The position numbers were made by a program, and so were the translations under genes. Positions 63,669 to 64,000 of a stretch of 64,000 nucleotides of DNA are shown here, piece by piece. Each line of letters opens with the position of its first letter. Position 1 is the stretch's first letter. This DNA comes from Phoronis australis (Eukaryota; Animalia; Phoronida). The stretch spans positions 38,342-102,341 of the forward strand of contig NMRA01000657.1 of assembly GCA_002633005.1 (NCBI GenBank). The letters are read 5' to 3'. The notes beneath the pieces were generated by a model, which saw only the letters and a program-made list of their open reading frames with translations, ran no database searches and was not told the DNA's origin.

Positions 63669-64000
63669 GTGACGAATCCCTCCACGTGACATTAAGGCTG
63701 CTGACTGCAGCCGAGCTCTTCATTCACTCTGACTTTTATGCAAGGCACCCACACGTTATTGCTGCTACTCAGAAAGAAAACTCTATATCTTCGGATTTTC
63801 AAACATTATTCACCGTGGTAATGTCTCAGGAGGACGGTCTTGGAGACACTGTAAACGATGATAATGAAGCAGCCATTGTAAGAGAGGCAAAGCATCTGTG
63901 CCACGATGGGAATTGGAGTGGTCTCATGGCTGTCATGGGTCTGTCGTCTGTATTGAAAATGCCAGTAACAAGTGTATATCCCGACGTAGGAAAAAGTGTT
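63669..64000 (+). CDS. Vertnin-like (OTU-fold) protein exon, runs off window end; possibly transposon-borne
   Basis: Acceptor ttctgtttatag|, then 110 open codons: DESLHVTLRLLTAAELFIHSDFY...WSGLMAVMGLSSVLKMPVTSVYP, resembling vertnin-like motifs as I recall them. Confidence 0.6.

Overview
AT-rich, intron-containing animal DNA; the transposon repertoire suggests a marine invertebrate, but the species cannot be determined from sequence alone. The dominant feature is missed by the ORF track: a minus-strand gene spanning at least 40.5 kb whose 3' end runs off the window start. It has a TATA/Inr promoter, two 5' exons encoding a signal peptide (MAFVVLWTISSISAILLG/VLIGCHG), and at least 20 intact symmetric phase 1-1 exons of 114-141 nt, each encoding one six-cysteine ShK-like (ShKT) domain, plus 3 decayed pseudo-exons. 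Ten of the exons (1.7-12.5 kb) lie in a recently homogenised higher-order tandem repeat of about 2.35 kb (two exons with alternating long and short introns). The older introns and the upstream 24 kb hold degenerate transposons: BEL/Pao gag, Kolobok, a THAP element, Harbinger and its MITEs, a Helentron-like element, Ty3/Gypsy pol and a tRNA-containing repeat. A vertnin/OTU-like exon starts at the right edge. All calls come from manual reading and translation; no database searches were run.
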